Positions 50,389 to 60,173 of a stretch of DNA of 64,000 nt are shown one piece after another (within the stretch, counting starts at the first letter, position 1; each line of letters opens with the position of its first letter). The notes under the pieces are model-generated. The model was not told the origin of the DNA, searched no databases, and saw only the letters and a program-made list of their open reading frames with translations. Position numbers and translations under genes: made by a program. The DNA comes from Methanotrichaceae archaeon (GTDB lineage: Archaea; Halobacteriota; Methanosarcinia; Methanotrichales; Methanotrichaceae), in the NCBI GenBank assembly GCA_963813075.1, contig CAWEXU010000005.1:32001-96000 (forward strand). Direction: 5' to 3'.

Positions 50389-51645
50389 TCACCTGAAACA
50401 TTTAACTGCGCTGAGCAGCCTTTTGGGGCGAGAGAATTCTGCCTTCTTCAGCCCCTCTGCGAGGTCTCGGGCCGTCTTTGCCCCCAGCTCTGCCGCCAGG
50501 GGACGGAGCCTCTCACCCACCAGGATCAGCTCATCGATCTCCCCACGCCTCTCTCTGAGAAGCTCAGCCAGGAGGGGTATGTCCAGGCCCTCGCAGACCG
50601 TCTGGGCATCCTCTCCCACCACTGCAGCCAGATCGGGGCCCCGAGCCTTATCCAGGGCTCTTTCGATATCACTTACCTTAAGCCCGGAGTTGGAGCTATC
50701 GAATACCGTCCGCCCGTCCAGCCGCTCGATTTTCATCCGGCCAAAGAAGCCTCCAAATCCCTCCAGCGCCCTGGCCGTCTCTTCCTTTTCCACTCCCAGG
50801 AGCTCGGCAGCCGCAGCCGCCCCGGATATTGCCGTCTGATAGCTGGCAAAATCCAGATCCTCGCCTAAAGATAGGCTCAGCCTCTCCTCTCCATAGACCA
50901 GCTCATCCGGCAGGGCCTGAACCCGGCCCCCTTCAGCAAAGGAGATGTCTGGCGAGGTCCGGCAATCCGCGTTGGCCGCCAGCCTCGAGCCCCGACGGGC
51001 TAATGAGAGCATCTGCAGCTTGGCGGTGCTCGCCCACCTGGTGCCGGCGGCTATGCGGTAGTCGCCAGAGAAGCTGGTCAAGACCCCCAGATCAGCCAGG
51101 CCGGTGCCGCCCAAAGAGATCTCGCATATCAGGGCCTCGGCCCCGTGAGACAACGCCTCTTCTCTGGCCAGGATCACATTGGCGGGGGTGATGCTCAGCC
51201 CCTCTTTCAAGAGCTCTGGTCTGCCCTCTGACCAGATCTCCAGGCCGCGGGTGGTATGGGATAAGACCCTCTTTTGCCGGGATAAGATCATGGCCAGTAA
51301 AAGTGCAGTGGTGGTCTTGCTGTGCGTTCCTGTAACCTCGATCTTCCGCAGGTCATCAGGGATCGAGCCCATCATGAGCTCACCCACCGCCTGATGATGG
51401 CTGATGATCCTCTTACCAAGACCCCTCGCCTGGACCAGATGAGGATTGGCTGGCGAGAGGTGTATTGGGGCCACCACCTCATCGAAGGCATCAAGGCTGG
51501 TGGTGTGATGGTACACCTCCAGGGGCTGGGCCAGAATGCCGCTCTCGACCATCTTCCGGGCGATGACCTCTGCACCGTGGATGGTGTCCAGGACAGCTAC
51601 TCTAAAGATTCTTCTGCCCGCTTTATCGCCAGTGCTGCTATGCAT
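50389..51645 (-). CDS. cfbE: Coenzyme F430 synthetase (Mur ligase-like)
   Basis: [34 protein letters not shown]. Confidence 0.88.
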   Translation of the reverse strand: MHSSTGDKAGRRIFRVAVLDTIHGAEVIARKMVESGILAQPLEVYHHTTSLDAFDEVVAPIHLSPANPHLVQARGLGKRIISHHQAVGELMMGSIPDDLRKIEVTGTHSKTTTALLLAMILSRQKRVLSHTTRGLEIWSEGRPELLKEGLSITPANVILAREEALSHGAEALICEISLGGTGLADLGVLTSFSGDYRIAAGTRWASTAKLQMLSLARRGSRLAANADCRTSPDISFAEGGRVQALPDELVYGEERLSLSLGEDLDFASYQTAISGAAAAAELLGVEKEETARALEGFGGFFGRMKIERLDGRTVFDSSNSGLKVSDIERALDKARGPDLAAVVGEDAQTVCEGLDIPLLAELLRERRGEIDELILVGERLRPLAAELGAKTARDLAEGLKKAEFSRPKRLLSAVKCFR

Positions 51646-51992
51646 TCGTCCACGCCCAGGGGCTCGGCGCAGATTACCTCCACCTCATCCCCCCAGATGT
51701 TCAAGACGCCTCTGCGCTTCTCCGGGTCCACGCCCAATTCATGCGGTATATCCTGGCGGGTGTGAACGCCATGAGCTAAGAAGAGGGGCAGAGCGATGAT
51801 CTTCTTCACACCGGTGCCCTGGAAGCTCTTCAGGCCGGCGGGAATGTCTGGCTGGTTCATATTGAGATAAGCGGTTCTGACCGGTCCGGAGCTGTTGTTC
51901 TTGCCGATCATCTGGGCGAGAGACTCCACCAGCTCCCTGTTGAATGGCAGGCTGGATCCATGCCCGAGTACGAGTATGCCTACGTCCTTCAT
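51597..51992 (-). CDS. cfbA: Sirohydrochlorin nickelochelatase
   Basis: GHGS, PLFLAHGVHTRQDIP, EPLG (CbiX-S family) in cfb context. Confidence 0.9.
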   Translation of the reverse strand: MKDVGILVLGHGSSLPFNRELVESLAQMIGKNNSSGPVRTAYLNMNQPDIPAGLKSFQGTGVKKIIALPLFLAHGVHTRQDIPHELGVDPEKRRGVLNIWGDEVEVICAEPLGVDECIAALAIKRAEESLE

Positions 51993-52210
51993 GAAATCAC
52001 CAGTATTACTTTTTTTAGTTCTCGTGTTAATAGTAGGATTGTAATCGTCAGTACTAAACCCTTTCGAGACAATCGGCCATTGAGCGAAGAAAGAGTGGAC
52101 CTAAGCGCCCAGAATCGTAGCAAAAAAGTGGCGGATTTCAGGCTAAAGTCGTGCCCGGAAATGATATCTCTGGCCAAATATCCCGGCCTGAATGCGTCGC
52201 TAAGATGGGA

Positions 52211-52792
52211 TCAGCGGGAGAAGTACTTCTCAAATACCCCGGCGATCTCACCAGGAGTTTCCAGAATATAGACATCCTCGGTGCGCCGGAGCTTATCTAC
52301 GTTTTCTGCATCCTCTTTTCTGATTCTCAGCTTCATCTCGCTCCCGTCGGGGAGGATGGTGGTCAGGATCCCGGGGGCATAGTCGCAGGGCATGATATAG
52401 GTGGGCACAAATGCCTTCTGGGACATGATGGCCGCATTGGAGAGCAGTGAGTCTGCCAAACCCAGGGCGATCTTGGTTACGGTGTTGGAAGTGGTGGGAG
52501 CTATGATCAGGAACTCATAGCGCCTCACCTGCAGCTGGCCGGCGAGGAAGGGGGAGTTGGAGTTGATCTCCACCCAGACCTTATCGAAGTGCTTCTCCAG
52601 GGTATTGAAGAGCTTGTAGTACTTTATCACCTGCTCTCCTGCCTTGGATACGAAGACCCTTACATCCACCACATCATCATACTGCTTTTGCAGCTCTATC
52701 ATCTTCTCGACCGTCTCGGTGATGCGGTCGCCACTGCCCGTAATTCCCCAGGCGATCTTTCTCTTTGCCCCTTTATTTGCCATGGCTGTCAC
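52211..52792 (-). CDS. afpA: Archaeoflavoprotein AfpA
   Basis: IAWGITGSG, NSPFLAG, APTTSNTVTKI..G.AD. Confidence 0.85.
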   Translation of the reverse strand: MTAMANKGAKRKIAWGITGSGDRITETVEKMIELQKQYDDVVDVRVFVSKAGEQVIKYYKLFNTLEKHFDKVWVEINSNSPFLAGQLQVRRYEFLIIAPTTSNTVTKIALGLADSLLSNAAIMSQKAFVPTYIMPCDYAPGILTTILPDGSEMKLRIRKEDAENVDKLRRTEDVYILETPGEIAGVFEKYFSR

Positions 52793-52833
52793 CCTGAATC
52801 CGAAACTCTTAAAAGCTCATCCAAATGGACATT

Positions 52834-53427
52834 TTATTTATCGACTCTTTTCAACCACTCCAGGGTCTCGGCAAAGCGGCGGGTGGTCTTGCGCAGGGAT
52901 CTGAATCCCTCTTCATCCTTTTCTGCCTCCTCTAAGGTATCATGGGACCAGAAGGTTGCCCCGAGGTTGGCGCCGAAAAATCCCCCGCTCACCGGGATCA
53001 TGCCGTTGAGAATGTAGAAGGCATGGATCTGCTGCACCGCCAGCTCCTGGCCGCCCATGCGATCTCCCCCGATGGCTATAGCCATGCCCGGCTTATGCCG
53101 CAACGATTTGGGTTCCGCGGCCAGAGTAGCCCGGGTCCGGTCTATGGCGATCTTCAACTGGGCGCTCATGCTGCCGTTATAGACCGGGGTGGCCAGGACA
53201 AAGCCCTCTGCCTCCCGGATCAGGGGATAGAGCTGGTACATATCGTCCTTGACGATGCACTCCTTGTTCTTCAGGCAGTAGTCGCAGTGCCTGCAAGGGC
53301 TGATGTTCTTGCCTCGCATGGGGAAAAGCTGGGTCTCGTAGCCCTTCTCCTCCAGCATCTTGAGGGCCACACCCAAAATATGCTCTGTGGCCTTCTTGCG
53401 CGGGCTGCCTGATATGCCAAGAATCAT
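52834..53427 (-). CDS. Iron-sulfur flavoprotein (Isf/flavodoxin-like)
   Basis: GSPR, CRHCDYC..C..DDM, TPVY. Confidence 0.88.
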   Translation of the reverse strand: MILGISGSPRKKATEHILGVALKMLEEKGYETQLFPMRGKNISPCRHCDYCLKNKECIVKDDMYQLYPLIREAEGFVLATPVYNGSMSAQLKIAIDRTRATLAAEPKSLRHKPGMAIAIGGDRMGGQELAVQQIHAFYILNGMIPVSGGFFGANLGATFWSHDTLEEAEKDEEGFRSLRKTTRRFAETLEWLKRVDK

Positions 53428-53503
53428 GATATTGTATTGGCGCTGATGATATTTCAGACTTGCCAGCAGGACGGCATCGGCGGAAGGGGTTGACGCAGAA
53501 AAA

Positions 53504-53707
53504 TCAGAGCAGACCGCGATTCTCCAGGCGCAGCCGTATCATCTCATCCACCTCAGCCGGGCTGGTGGCGAAGACCTCCTGCAGGATCTCTTTTGCCGTC
53601 TCCAGCTCCTGGGCTTTTCTGTTCAGACCGATTCCGAAGACTGCCTTGGGCTCCATTTTTGACCCCTTTAGCCTGGGCCAGATCAGCTGCTCGAGAATGC
53701 CTGCCAT
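53504..53707 (-). CDS. Small hypothetical protein
   Basis: 67-aa ORF ending KEILQEVFATSPAEVDEMIRLRLE; TATA-rich region upstream. Confidence 0.55.
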   Translation of the reverse strand: MAGILEQLIWPRLKGSKMEPKAVFGIGLNRKAQELETAKEILQEVFATSPAEVDEMIRLRLENRGLL

Positions 53708-53990
53708 GATCCTCAACTTAGTACGTGTAAGAATAAAAACATTGCTGTCAAGAATGATATCTATAAATCTTTTTATCCATTTTTACAAGTATGTATAAGA
53801 TACAAAGACCTCCAATAAAATCCCTCCATAAATGGCCTTTCATAATTGCCAGGTGAAAAAGGGTGGGCGTGCGGGGCGAAAGTGTTTGCCACTGCCGCCG
53901 GCAGGATGGGAAAAGTGTATTATCAAGGCCTGCGGTCAGTATGATATCATCTTCGATAAGGGAGATATTCTACAGGATGTGGGCAGCACT

Positions 53991-54470
53991 ATGATCAAGG
54001 GCAAGGCATGGATCTTCGGCGACGACGTGGACACGGATGTGATCATACCGGGAAGGTACCTGCGGACGCGAGACCGCCATCTTTGGGCGGAGCATGTCAT
54101 GGAGGGCATAGACCCTCAATTTGCATCCCGTGTCGGGAAGGGAGACATAATTGTGGCCGGGGAAAACTTCGGCAGCGGCTCGTCTCGCGAGCAGGCACCA
54201 GTGGCACTGAAAGAGGCGGGGGTGGCGGCGGTGGTGGCCCGGTCATTTGCCCGCATATTCTACCGGAACGCAATCAACGTCGGACTCCCCCTCATCGAGG
54301 CGGCTCCCCTCTGCCGGGAGGGTGATCTGGTGGAGGTGGACCTTTTAGCCGGCACGGTGCGGGTAAAGGACAGAGTCTATCAGGGAGTTCGCCTGCCTGA
54401 CTTTCTAATGGAGATCCTGGAGGACGGGGGACTGGTGGCCCACCGACGACGGGAGAGAGGTTTGGACTGA
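53991..54470 (+). CDS. aksE: Homoaconitase/isopropylmalate isomerase small subunit (probably AksE)
   Basis: [41 protein letters not shown]. Confidence 0.8.
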   Translation: MIKGKAWIFGDDVDTDVIIPGRYLRTRDRHLWAEHVMEGIDPQFASRVGKGDIIVAGENFGSGSSREQAPVALKEAGVAAVVARSFARIFYRNAINVGLPLIEAAPLCREGDLVEVDLLAGTVRVKDRVYQGVRLPDFLMEILEDGGLVAHRRRERGLD

Positions 54471-54475
54471 CTGGC

Positions 54476-55303
54476 ATGATCTTTCCAGATAGCTACAAAT
54501 ATGTGGGCATAAAGGACCGGGAGGAGCGGGGCGCCCCCATCTACTTTTCCACCCAGTTTCTGATCAGCCGGGACGGCCCCAGCCTCTATGCAGTGAAAAG
54601 CAAGGGCTCGGGCTTCATGAGAGATGTTCAGGATCTGGAGCTGATCGCCTCCGGCCAAAAGATCGCTTTCTATCCGGAGAGGGTGGACACCAGGAACCGG
54701 ACCCTTCTGGTCGATCTGGCATATGATATCACCCGGGAGGGCAGGGCGAACACGGTGGTCTTCCAGGGCCCGGACGAGCACATCACCTTCGTTATGGACC
54801 CTGATCCCGGCCAGGTGCTGAAAATCGAGGTCATGGACGTCTCCCCCCCTGACCCTCCCTGGCTGATCTATGCTCTGCAGAGGCTGGAGGAGTGCGGAGT
54901 GCTGGGGGACCTGATGGTGAGGTTCGTGCCCAGGATTCTGAACCTGGAGAGCTTCTACTGCCCGCAAGTTTACTATCCCTGCCGGGCGGGGGGGCTGGGA
55001 AGGTCGCTGGACTCGGATCCTGTGGTCCACGAGCGGCCGAGGATCGTGGGCTGCGAGGTATCGCGGGAGATATTTCTGGCCAATAATCCGGGAAAGGAGC
55101 ACGAATTCATCAATGTCTGTCCCCTGCACTGCCGGGAGGCGGAGTTCGAGCCCCAGGGGCCGTTCATCACCCGCTGTTGCCGCTCCGAGCGTCGGGGGAG
55201 GACGAACAAGTGCGGCCAGCCGGGAATTGTTGTCCACTGGGGTGACGGCCCCTGGGAGATAGCGGAGGCGGTAAGGTGTCTGGTCAGGGATCTAAGAGGG
55301 TAG
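54476..55303 (+). CDS. Cys-rich hypothetical protein
   Basis: 275 aa; YPCR, VGCE, NVCPLHC, RCCR, VHWG. Confidence 0.75.
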   Translation: MIFPDSYKYVGIKDREERGAPIYFSTQFLISRDGPSLYAVKSKGSGFMRDVQDLELIASGQKIAFYPERVDTRNRTLLVDLAYDITREGRANTVVFQGPDEHITFVMDPDPGQVLKIEVMDVSPPDPPWLIYALQRLEECGVLGDLMVRFVPRILNLESFYCPQVYYPCRAGGLGRSLDSDPVVHERPRIVGCEVSREIFLANNPGKEHEFINVCPLHCREAEFEPQGPFITRCCRSERRGRTNKCGQPGIVVHWGDGPWEIAEAVRCLVRDLRG

Positions 55304-56261
55304 CGGTAGTCGCCGGGGACGGCATCGGCCCGGAGGTGGTGGATAGCGCCCTGGAGGTGTTGCGTGCCGCGGGCGCAGATCTAGATCTGGTTCGGGTGGA
55401 GGTGGGCCTGGGCCGCTGGAAGAGAACGGGCGAAGCCATGGGGGATGAGGACCTGGAGACAATCAGGGAGTGTGACTGCATTCTTTTTGGGGCGATCACC
55501 ACCCCCCCGGACCCCGGCTACCGGAGCGTTCTCTTGAGGATGCGAAAGGCTCTGGACCTTTATGCCAACATCCGGCCCTTTCAGTCTAAGGATCTTGATT
55601 TCATCATCGTGCGGGAGAACACCGAGGGGCTCTACTCCGGAATCGAAGAGGTGGGGGAGGATGTGTCGCGCACCACCAGGGTGATAACCCGCCTTGGTTC
55701 AGAGCGGATCGCAGAGGCGGCCTGCGACCTGGCGGCAAAGCGCCGCCAACTGACCATCATCCACAAGTCCAATGTGCTGAAAAGCGACTGGCTCTTTCTC
55801 CAGACCTGCCGGGAGGTGGCGGAGCGGCGGGGGGTTCCATACGAGGATATGCTGGTGGACGCTGCCGCCTACAACCTGGTGAGGAACCCCAAGAGATTCG
55901 ATGTCCTGGTCACCACCAACCTCTTCGGAGACATCCTGAGCGACGAGGCGGCGGGGGTGGTGGGGAGCCTGGGCCTGTGCGCCAGCGCCAACATCTGGGG
56001 ACGTCCCACGCTTTATTCGAGCCCATCCACGGCAGCGCGCCGGATATCGCTGGAAAGGGGATTGCCAACCCGATAGGAGCTATACGCAGCGCTGCCATGA
56101 TGATGAGCTGGCTTGGCGATGCCCGCGCAGCGAGCCGGATCGAGGCGGCAGTGAAAAGGGCGCTGGCCGCGGGGATGAAGACGCCGGATCTGGGCGGCAG
56201 ATGTTCTACCTCAGAGGTAACAGGAGCGGTGGTCGGATATCTGATGGCAGAAGGAAAATGA
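55276..56261 (+). CDS. aksF: Isocitrate/isopropylmalate dehydrogenase family, probably homoisocitrate dehydrogenase AksF (frameshift near 55995)
   Basis: [45 protein letters not shown]. Confidence 0.75.
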
Positions 56262-56306
56262 AAGGCTGGCGCAAAGTTCAATATTAATAAAAAAAGTGCA
56301 TCCGAC

Positions 56307-56426
56307 CTACTTCCTTCGCCCCATGCGGCGGGCGAACCAGCGGGACAGGCTCCAGGGGAGGCTGTTCTCCAGCCTTTTCCTGATCACTTCCGGGCTGTCT
56401 CTTCTCTTTTTTGACTGCCTGCTCAT
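56307..56426 (-). CDS. Putative small basic protein (39 aa)
   Basis: MSRQSKKRRDSPEVIRKRLENSLPWSLSRWFARRMGRRK, followed by a T-tract on the minus strand. Confidence 0.45.
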   Translation of the reverse strand: MSRQSKKRRDSPEVIRKRLENSLPWSLSRWFARRMGRRK

Positions 56427-56565
56427 GAAATCCACTCTGTGCAAATTATCTATTCCCTATGGTTAATACCTGATGGTCCAGGATACCTTATGGTCAGGGC
56501 GAAGGGGAAAGGAATGGAGCCCTTGTCCTCCCTTCACCTCTCCAGATCCATCTGGCCGGCAGCTT

Positions 56566-57803
56566 TCAGCAGACACTCTCCTCCAGCTTCCTTACCATCT
56601 CCTCCGCCCTCCGTCCCACCTGGACTGGATCCACGGGCACTCTGGCCACGCCGCTCTCTATGGCCGCCCGGGCCACCGCTTCTGCCACTGCCGGGACCAC
56701 TCTTCTGTCCAGAGGGGAGGGGATGATGCTCTCCCGGCTGGGATTTTGCACCAGGCCGGCTATCGCCCGTGAGGCAGCCATCTTCATCTGTTCATTGATC
56801 TCGCTGGCCCGCACGTCCAGATGCACCCCGGAATATGCCCGGAAATCCCAGGACATTGTTCACCTGATTGGGATAGTCGGAGCGGCCGGTGGCCACCACC
56901 GCTGCCCCAGCCTCCTCGGCCAGCTCGGGCATGATCTCGGGCTCTGGGTTGGCCAGGGCGAATACCACCGCGTCGCCAGCCATGCTCCTGACCATCTCCG
57001 GGGTTACGATGCCCGCCACAGAGAGGCCCAAAAAGACGTCCGCTCCCCGAATGGCGTCTTTCAGGCTGCCTGTGACATTGCGGGGATTGGTAAGGGCGGC
57101 GATCTCTTGCTTGGAGGGGTTCAGGTCCGGTCGAGATCTTGTGAATCACCCCCCTGCTATCGCAGAGGATGACATCCTTTGCCCCAAAGCTCAAGAGGAA
57201 CCGGGTGACGGCCACCCCCGCTGCTCCCGCCCCGCTCACTGCCACCTTCAGATCCGCAAAGTTTTTTCCCACCAGGTGGAGGGCATTGATCAGGGCGGCC
57301 AGGGCGACCACTGCCGTGCCATGCTGGTCATCATGAAATACCGGGATCTTCAGGGCCTTCTTCAGCCTCTCCTCCACCTCAAAGCAGCGGGGAGCGCTGA
57401 TATCCTCCAGGTTTATCCCTCCGAAGACCGGCTCGATCATGGCCACGGTCCTCACTATATCCTCTGGATCCTGAGAGGCGACAGCTATGGGAAAGGCATC
57501 GATCCCCGCGAAGTTCTTGAACAGTATCGCTTTGCCCTCCATCACCGGTATGGAGGCCAGAGCGCCGATGTCGCCCAAACCCAGCACGGCAGTTCCGTCT
57601 GTTACCACAGCTACCAGATTTCCCTTGGAGGTGTAGCGGTAGACGTCATCTGGATTCATCTCGATCTCGCGACAGGGTGCGGCCACCCCTGGGGTATAGG
57701 CCAGGCTCAAATCCCGGCTGGTGGCGCAGGGCACCTTGCTGTGCACGGCAATCTTTCCTGTGGCTGCTTCATGAAAGGCTAGTGCTTCTTCTCGAAGGGA
57801 CAT
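56566..57803 (-). CDS. NAD(P)-dependent malic enzyme (frameshifts near 57135 and 56830)
   Basis: [56 protein letters not shown]. Confidence 0.92.
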
Positions 57804-57840
57804 AACATACTCCTGAGGGAGGCATTCAGGGGAGCAACAG

Positions 57841-57848
57841 ATATAAAG
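57841..57848 (+). promoter_or_regulatory. TATA box of tRNA-Ser/rpl40e unit
   Basis: ATATAAAG about 30 nt upstream of the tRNA 5' end. Confidence 0.6.
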
Positions 57849-57874
57849 CATGGGCAAAAGGGAGTCTAACCTGA

Positions 57875-58024
57875 GCCGGGGTGGCAGAGCGGACAAATTC
57901 CGCCGGGCAAAAGCCGGTGGAAGTTCAAACGCGGCAGGCTCGAGACCTGTTGTCCCTTCCAGGGACACTTGGGTTCAAATTGACGGGTCGCAAGAGACCC
58001 GCCAGGAAAATCCCAACCCCGGCG
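57875..58024 (+). tRNA. tRNA-Ser(CGA) with two non-canonical introns (about 57897-57928 at 21/22; 57980-58010 at 59/60)
   Basis: Acceptor GCCGGGG/CCCCGGC+G, anticodon arm GCAGG-CTCGAGA-CCTGT, long variable arm TGTCCC-TTCCA-GGGACA, T stem TTGGG/CCCAA; two hairpin insertions flanked by BHB-like motifs. Confidence 0.88.
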
Positions 58025-58080
58025 CTAATAATAAGCAAAGTTTCATATCAGAGTAAGATGCGAAGAAAGAGCTGATTATT

Positions 58081-58230
58081 ATGGCTAGATTTCCAGAAGC
58101 AGAAAACAGAATCTTGAACCTCAAGATATGCATGCGCTGCAATGCGCGAAACCCGGTAAAAGCTACCCGCTGCCGCAAATGCGGCTACGAAGGCCTGAGG
58201 ATGAAGTCCAAGGAGAACAAGACCGCTTAG
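58081..58230 (+). CDS. rpl40e: 50S ribosomal protein L40e
   Basis: Manual translation [49 protein letters not shown] (below ORF-track cutoff). Confidence 0.95.
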   Translation: MARFPEAENRILNLKICMRCNARNPVKATRCRKCGYEGLRMKSKENKTA

Positions 58231-58237
58231 ACCTTAA

Positions 58238-58996
58238 ATGACCTTTGAGATGGGCAGGGTTGAGCTGCACCTGCGGGATGCCATAAAAAAGCATGGAGCA
58301 GGCCACTTAACCCTTATCGATCCCGATTCCCAAAGCCCCCAGGAAGCAGGGAGGATGGCCCAGGCGGCCAGCCAGGGGGGGACGGACGCCATCATGGTGG
58401 GTGGCTCGGTGGGGGCGACCGGCGCCCTCCTGCATGAGACCGTGGCCGAGATCAAGCGGGTGACCGATCTCCCGGTCATTCTCTTTCCGGCAAGTGTAGC
58501 TGGGCTATGCGAGAACGCCGATGCCGTCTTCTTCATGAGCCTGCTCAACAGCCGCTCACCCAGCTACCTCATTGAGAACCAGGCTCTGGGAGCACCGCTG
58601 ATTCTGCGCTACCGCCTGGAGGCTCTGCCCATGGCCTATATCATCATCGAGCCCGGAGGGACGGTGGGCTATGTGGGCGATGCCCGCCTGATACCCAGAA
58701 AGAAGCCGGAGCTTGCTCTGGCATATGCTCTGGCGGGAAAGTACCTGGGCATGAGGCTGGTCTATCTGGAGGCCGGTTCCGGTGCGGACTCGCCGGTGCC
58801 CGCGAGCATGGTGGCCCTGACCAAGAGACTGCTGGGCGACGTGCTGGTCATTGTGGGCGGAGGCATAAGAAGCGGCGCGTCAGCGGCAGAGCTGGTGGCC
58901 GCCGGAGCGGATCTTATAGTGACGGGCACAGCTGTGGAGAAGAGCAAGGATATATCCTCATTTATCTTTGAGCTGACCTCAGCCATTCGCAGGTAG
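58238..58996 (+). CDS. Geranylgeranylglyceryl phosphate synthase
   Basis: LIDPD, MVGGS, FMSLLNS, YLEAGSGA, VGGGIR. Confidence 0.93.
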   Translation: MTFEMGRVELHLRDAIKKHGAGHLTLIDPDSQSPQEAGRMAQAASQGGTDAIMVGGSVGATGALLHETVAEIKRVTDLPVILFPASVAGLCENADAVFFMSLLNSRSPSYLIENQALGAPLILRYRLEALPMAYIIIEPGGTVGYVGDARLIPRKKPELALAYALAGKYLGMRLVYLEAGSGADSPVPASMVALTKRLLGDVLVIVGGGIRSGASAAELVAAGADLIVTGTAVEKSKDISSFIFELTSAIRR

Positions 58997-59002
58997 CCCT
59001 TC

Positions 59003-60148
59003 GTGTCATCGGATATTTTGACTTTTCTCGATTCATCAAACGTTGACGGCTTTCTCTTTGTGGGAGACAGCATATGCAACTCGGATATGTATTACCTCTC
59101 CCATTTTCTCGCTGGGGACAGGTTCGCCATCCTCTTTCAGGAGAAGACTGCGATTCTCGTCTCCTCTATGGAGAAGGGCAGAGCAAAAAAGGAATCCTGT
59201 GCAGATGAGGTTCTAAGCACCCAGGACTACCATATAATGGAAAAGCTGAAGAGCTGCACTAAACCGGAAGAGGCCTATTCAGAGGTGCTGAAGGATTTTC
59301 TGAGGGATCACGGCATATTGCGCCTGGGCGTGGCATACAGCTTTCCCACAGGGATATTCCAGCCTTTATCCCGGCATTTCGATATTCAGGTCCTGGAGAG
59401 CCCGGTCCGGAAGGCAAGGGCAACCAAGAGCCCCCAGGAGATCGAGTGCATCGCCTCTGCCCAGAGGGCCTGCGAGAGGGCGATGAGGCGGGCAGTGGAT
59501 CTTATCGCCAGCTCTGAACCGCGGGGGGATGTCCTCTGCCGCCAGGGCCAGCCCATCACCTCTGAGCAGGTGCGATCGGCTATTGATATCTCCCTCCTGG
59601 AGGATGGCTGCGAGGCGGCAGACACCATCGTCGCCGGCGGGACCCAGGCTGCCGATCCCCATGCGCGAGGGACCGGTCCTCTGCCCGCCAACTCTCCCAT
59701 TGTCATCGACATCTTTCCCCGTTCCAAGACTCACCGCTACTATGCAGATATGACCCGCACCGTCCTGCGAGGTGAGCCCCCTTTAGAGGTGAAAGAGCTC
59801 TACGATTCCGTTCTTGCCGCCCAGGAGGCAGGGATCGGTGCCATTCGGAACGGCATATCTGGAGAGGAGGTCCATTCCATTGTATCCGACGTTTTCCTGG
59901 AAATGGGCTATCCGGAAAGGGATGGCTGCGGTTTCACCCATTCCACCGGCCACGGCGTGGGCCTGGATGTGCATGAGCAGCCCTCCCTGGGCGAATACGG
60001 GGAGAGGCTGAAAAGCTCACAGGTGGTAACGGTGGAGCCGGGCCTGTACTATCCGGATATCGGCGGAGTTCGGCTGGAGGACCTGGTGGTGGTGAGGGAT
60101 AGAGGATGCCAGAACCTCACCCGCTTTGAAAAAGACCTCGTCCTCTGA
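59003..60148 (+). CDS. Xaa-Pro aminopeptidase (M24B)
   Basis: DIFP..Y.ADMTRT, HSTGHGVGLDVHE, TVEPGLY, GVRLED. Confidence 0.92.
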   Translation: MSSDILTFLDSSNVDGFLFVGDSICNSDMYYLSHFLAGDRFAILFQEKTAILVSSMEKGRAKKESCADEVLSTQDYHIMEKLKSCTKPEEAYSEVLKDFLRDHGILRLGVAYSFPTGIFQPLSRHFDIQVLESPVRKARATKSPQEIECIASAQRACERAMRRAVDLIASSEPRGDVLCRQGQPITSEQVRSAIDISLLEDGCEAADTIVAGGTQAADPHARGTGPLPANSPIVIDIFPRSKTHRYYADMTRTVLRGEPPLEVKELYDSVLAAQEAGIGAIRNGISGEEVHSIVSDVFLEMGYPERDGCGFTHSTGHGVGLDVHEQPSLGEYGERLKSSQVVTVEPGLYYPDIGGVRLEDLVVVRDRGCQNLTRFEKDLVL

Positions 60149-60173
60149 AAAAAGGATTAGAGATTTGGTGATA

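Noticed and set aside
56784..57968. ORF-track N-terminal extension of the malic enzyme to 57968
   Set aside because: The extension runs antisense through the tRNA-Ser gene; the real start is MSLREEAL at 57803.
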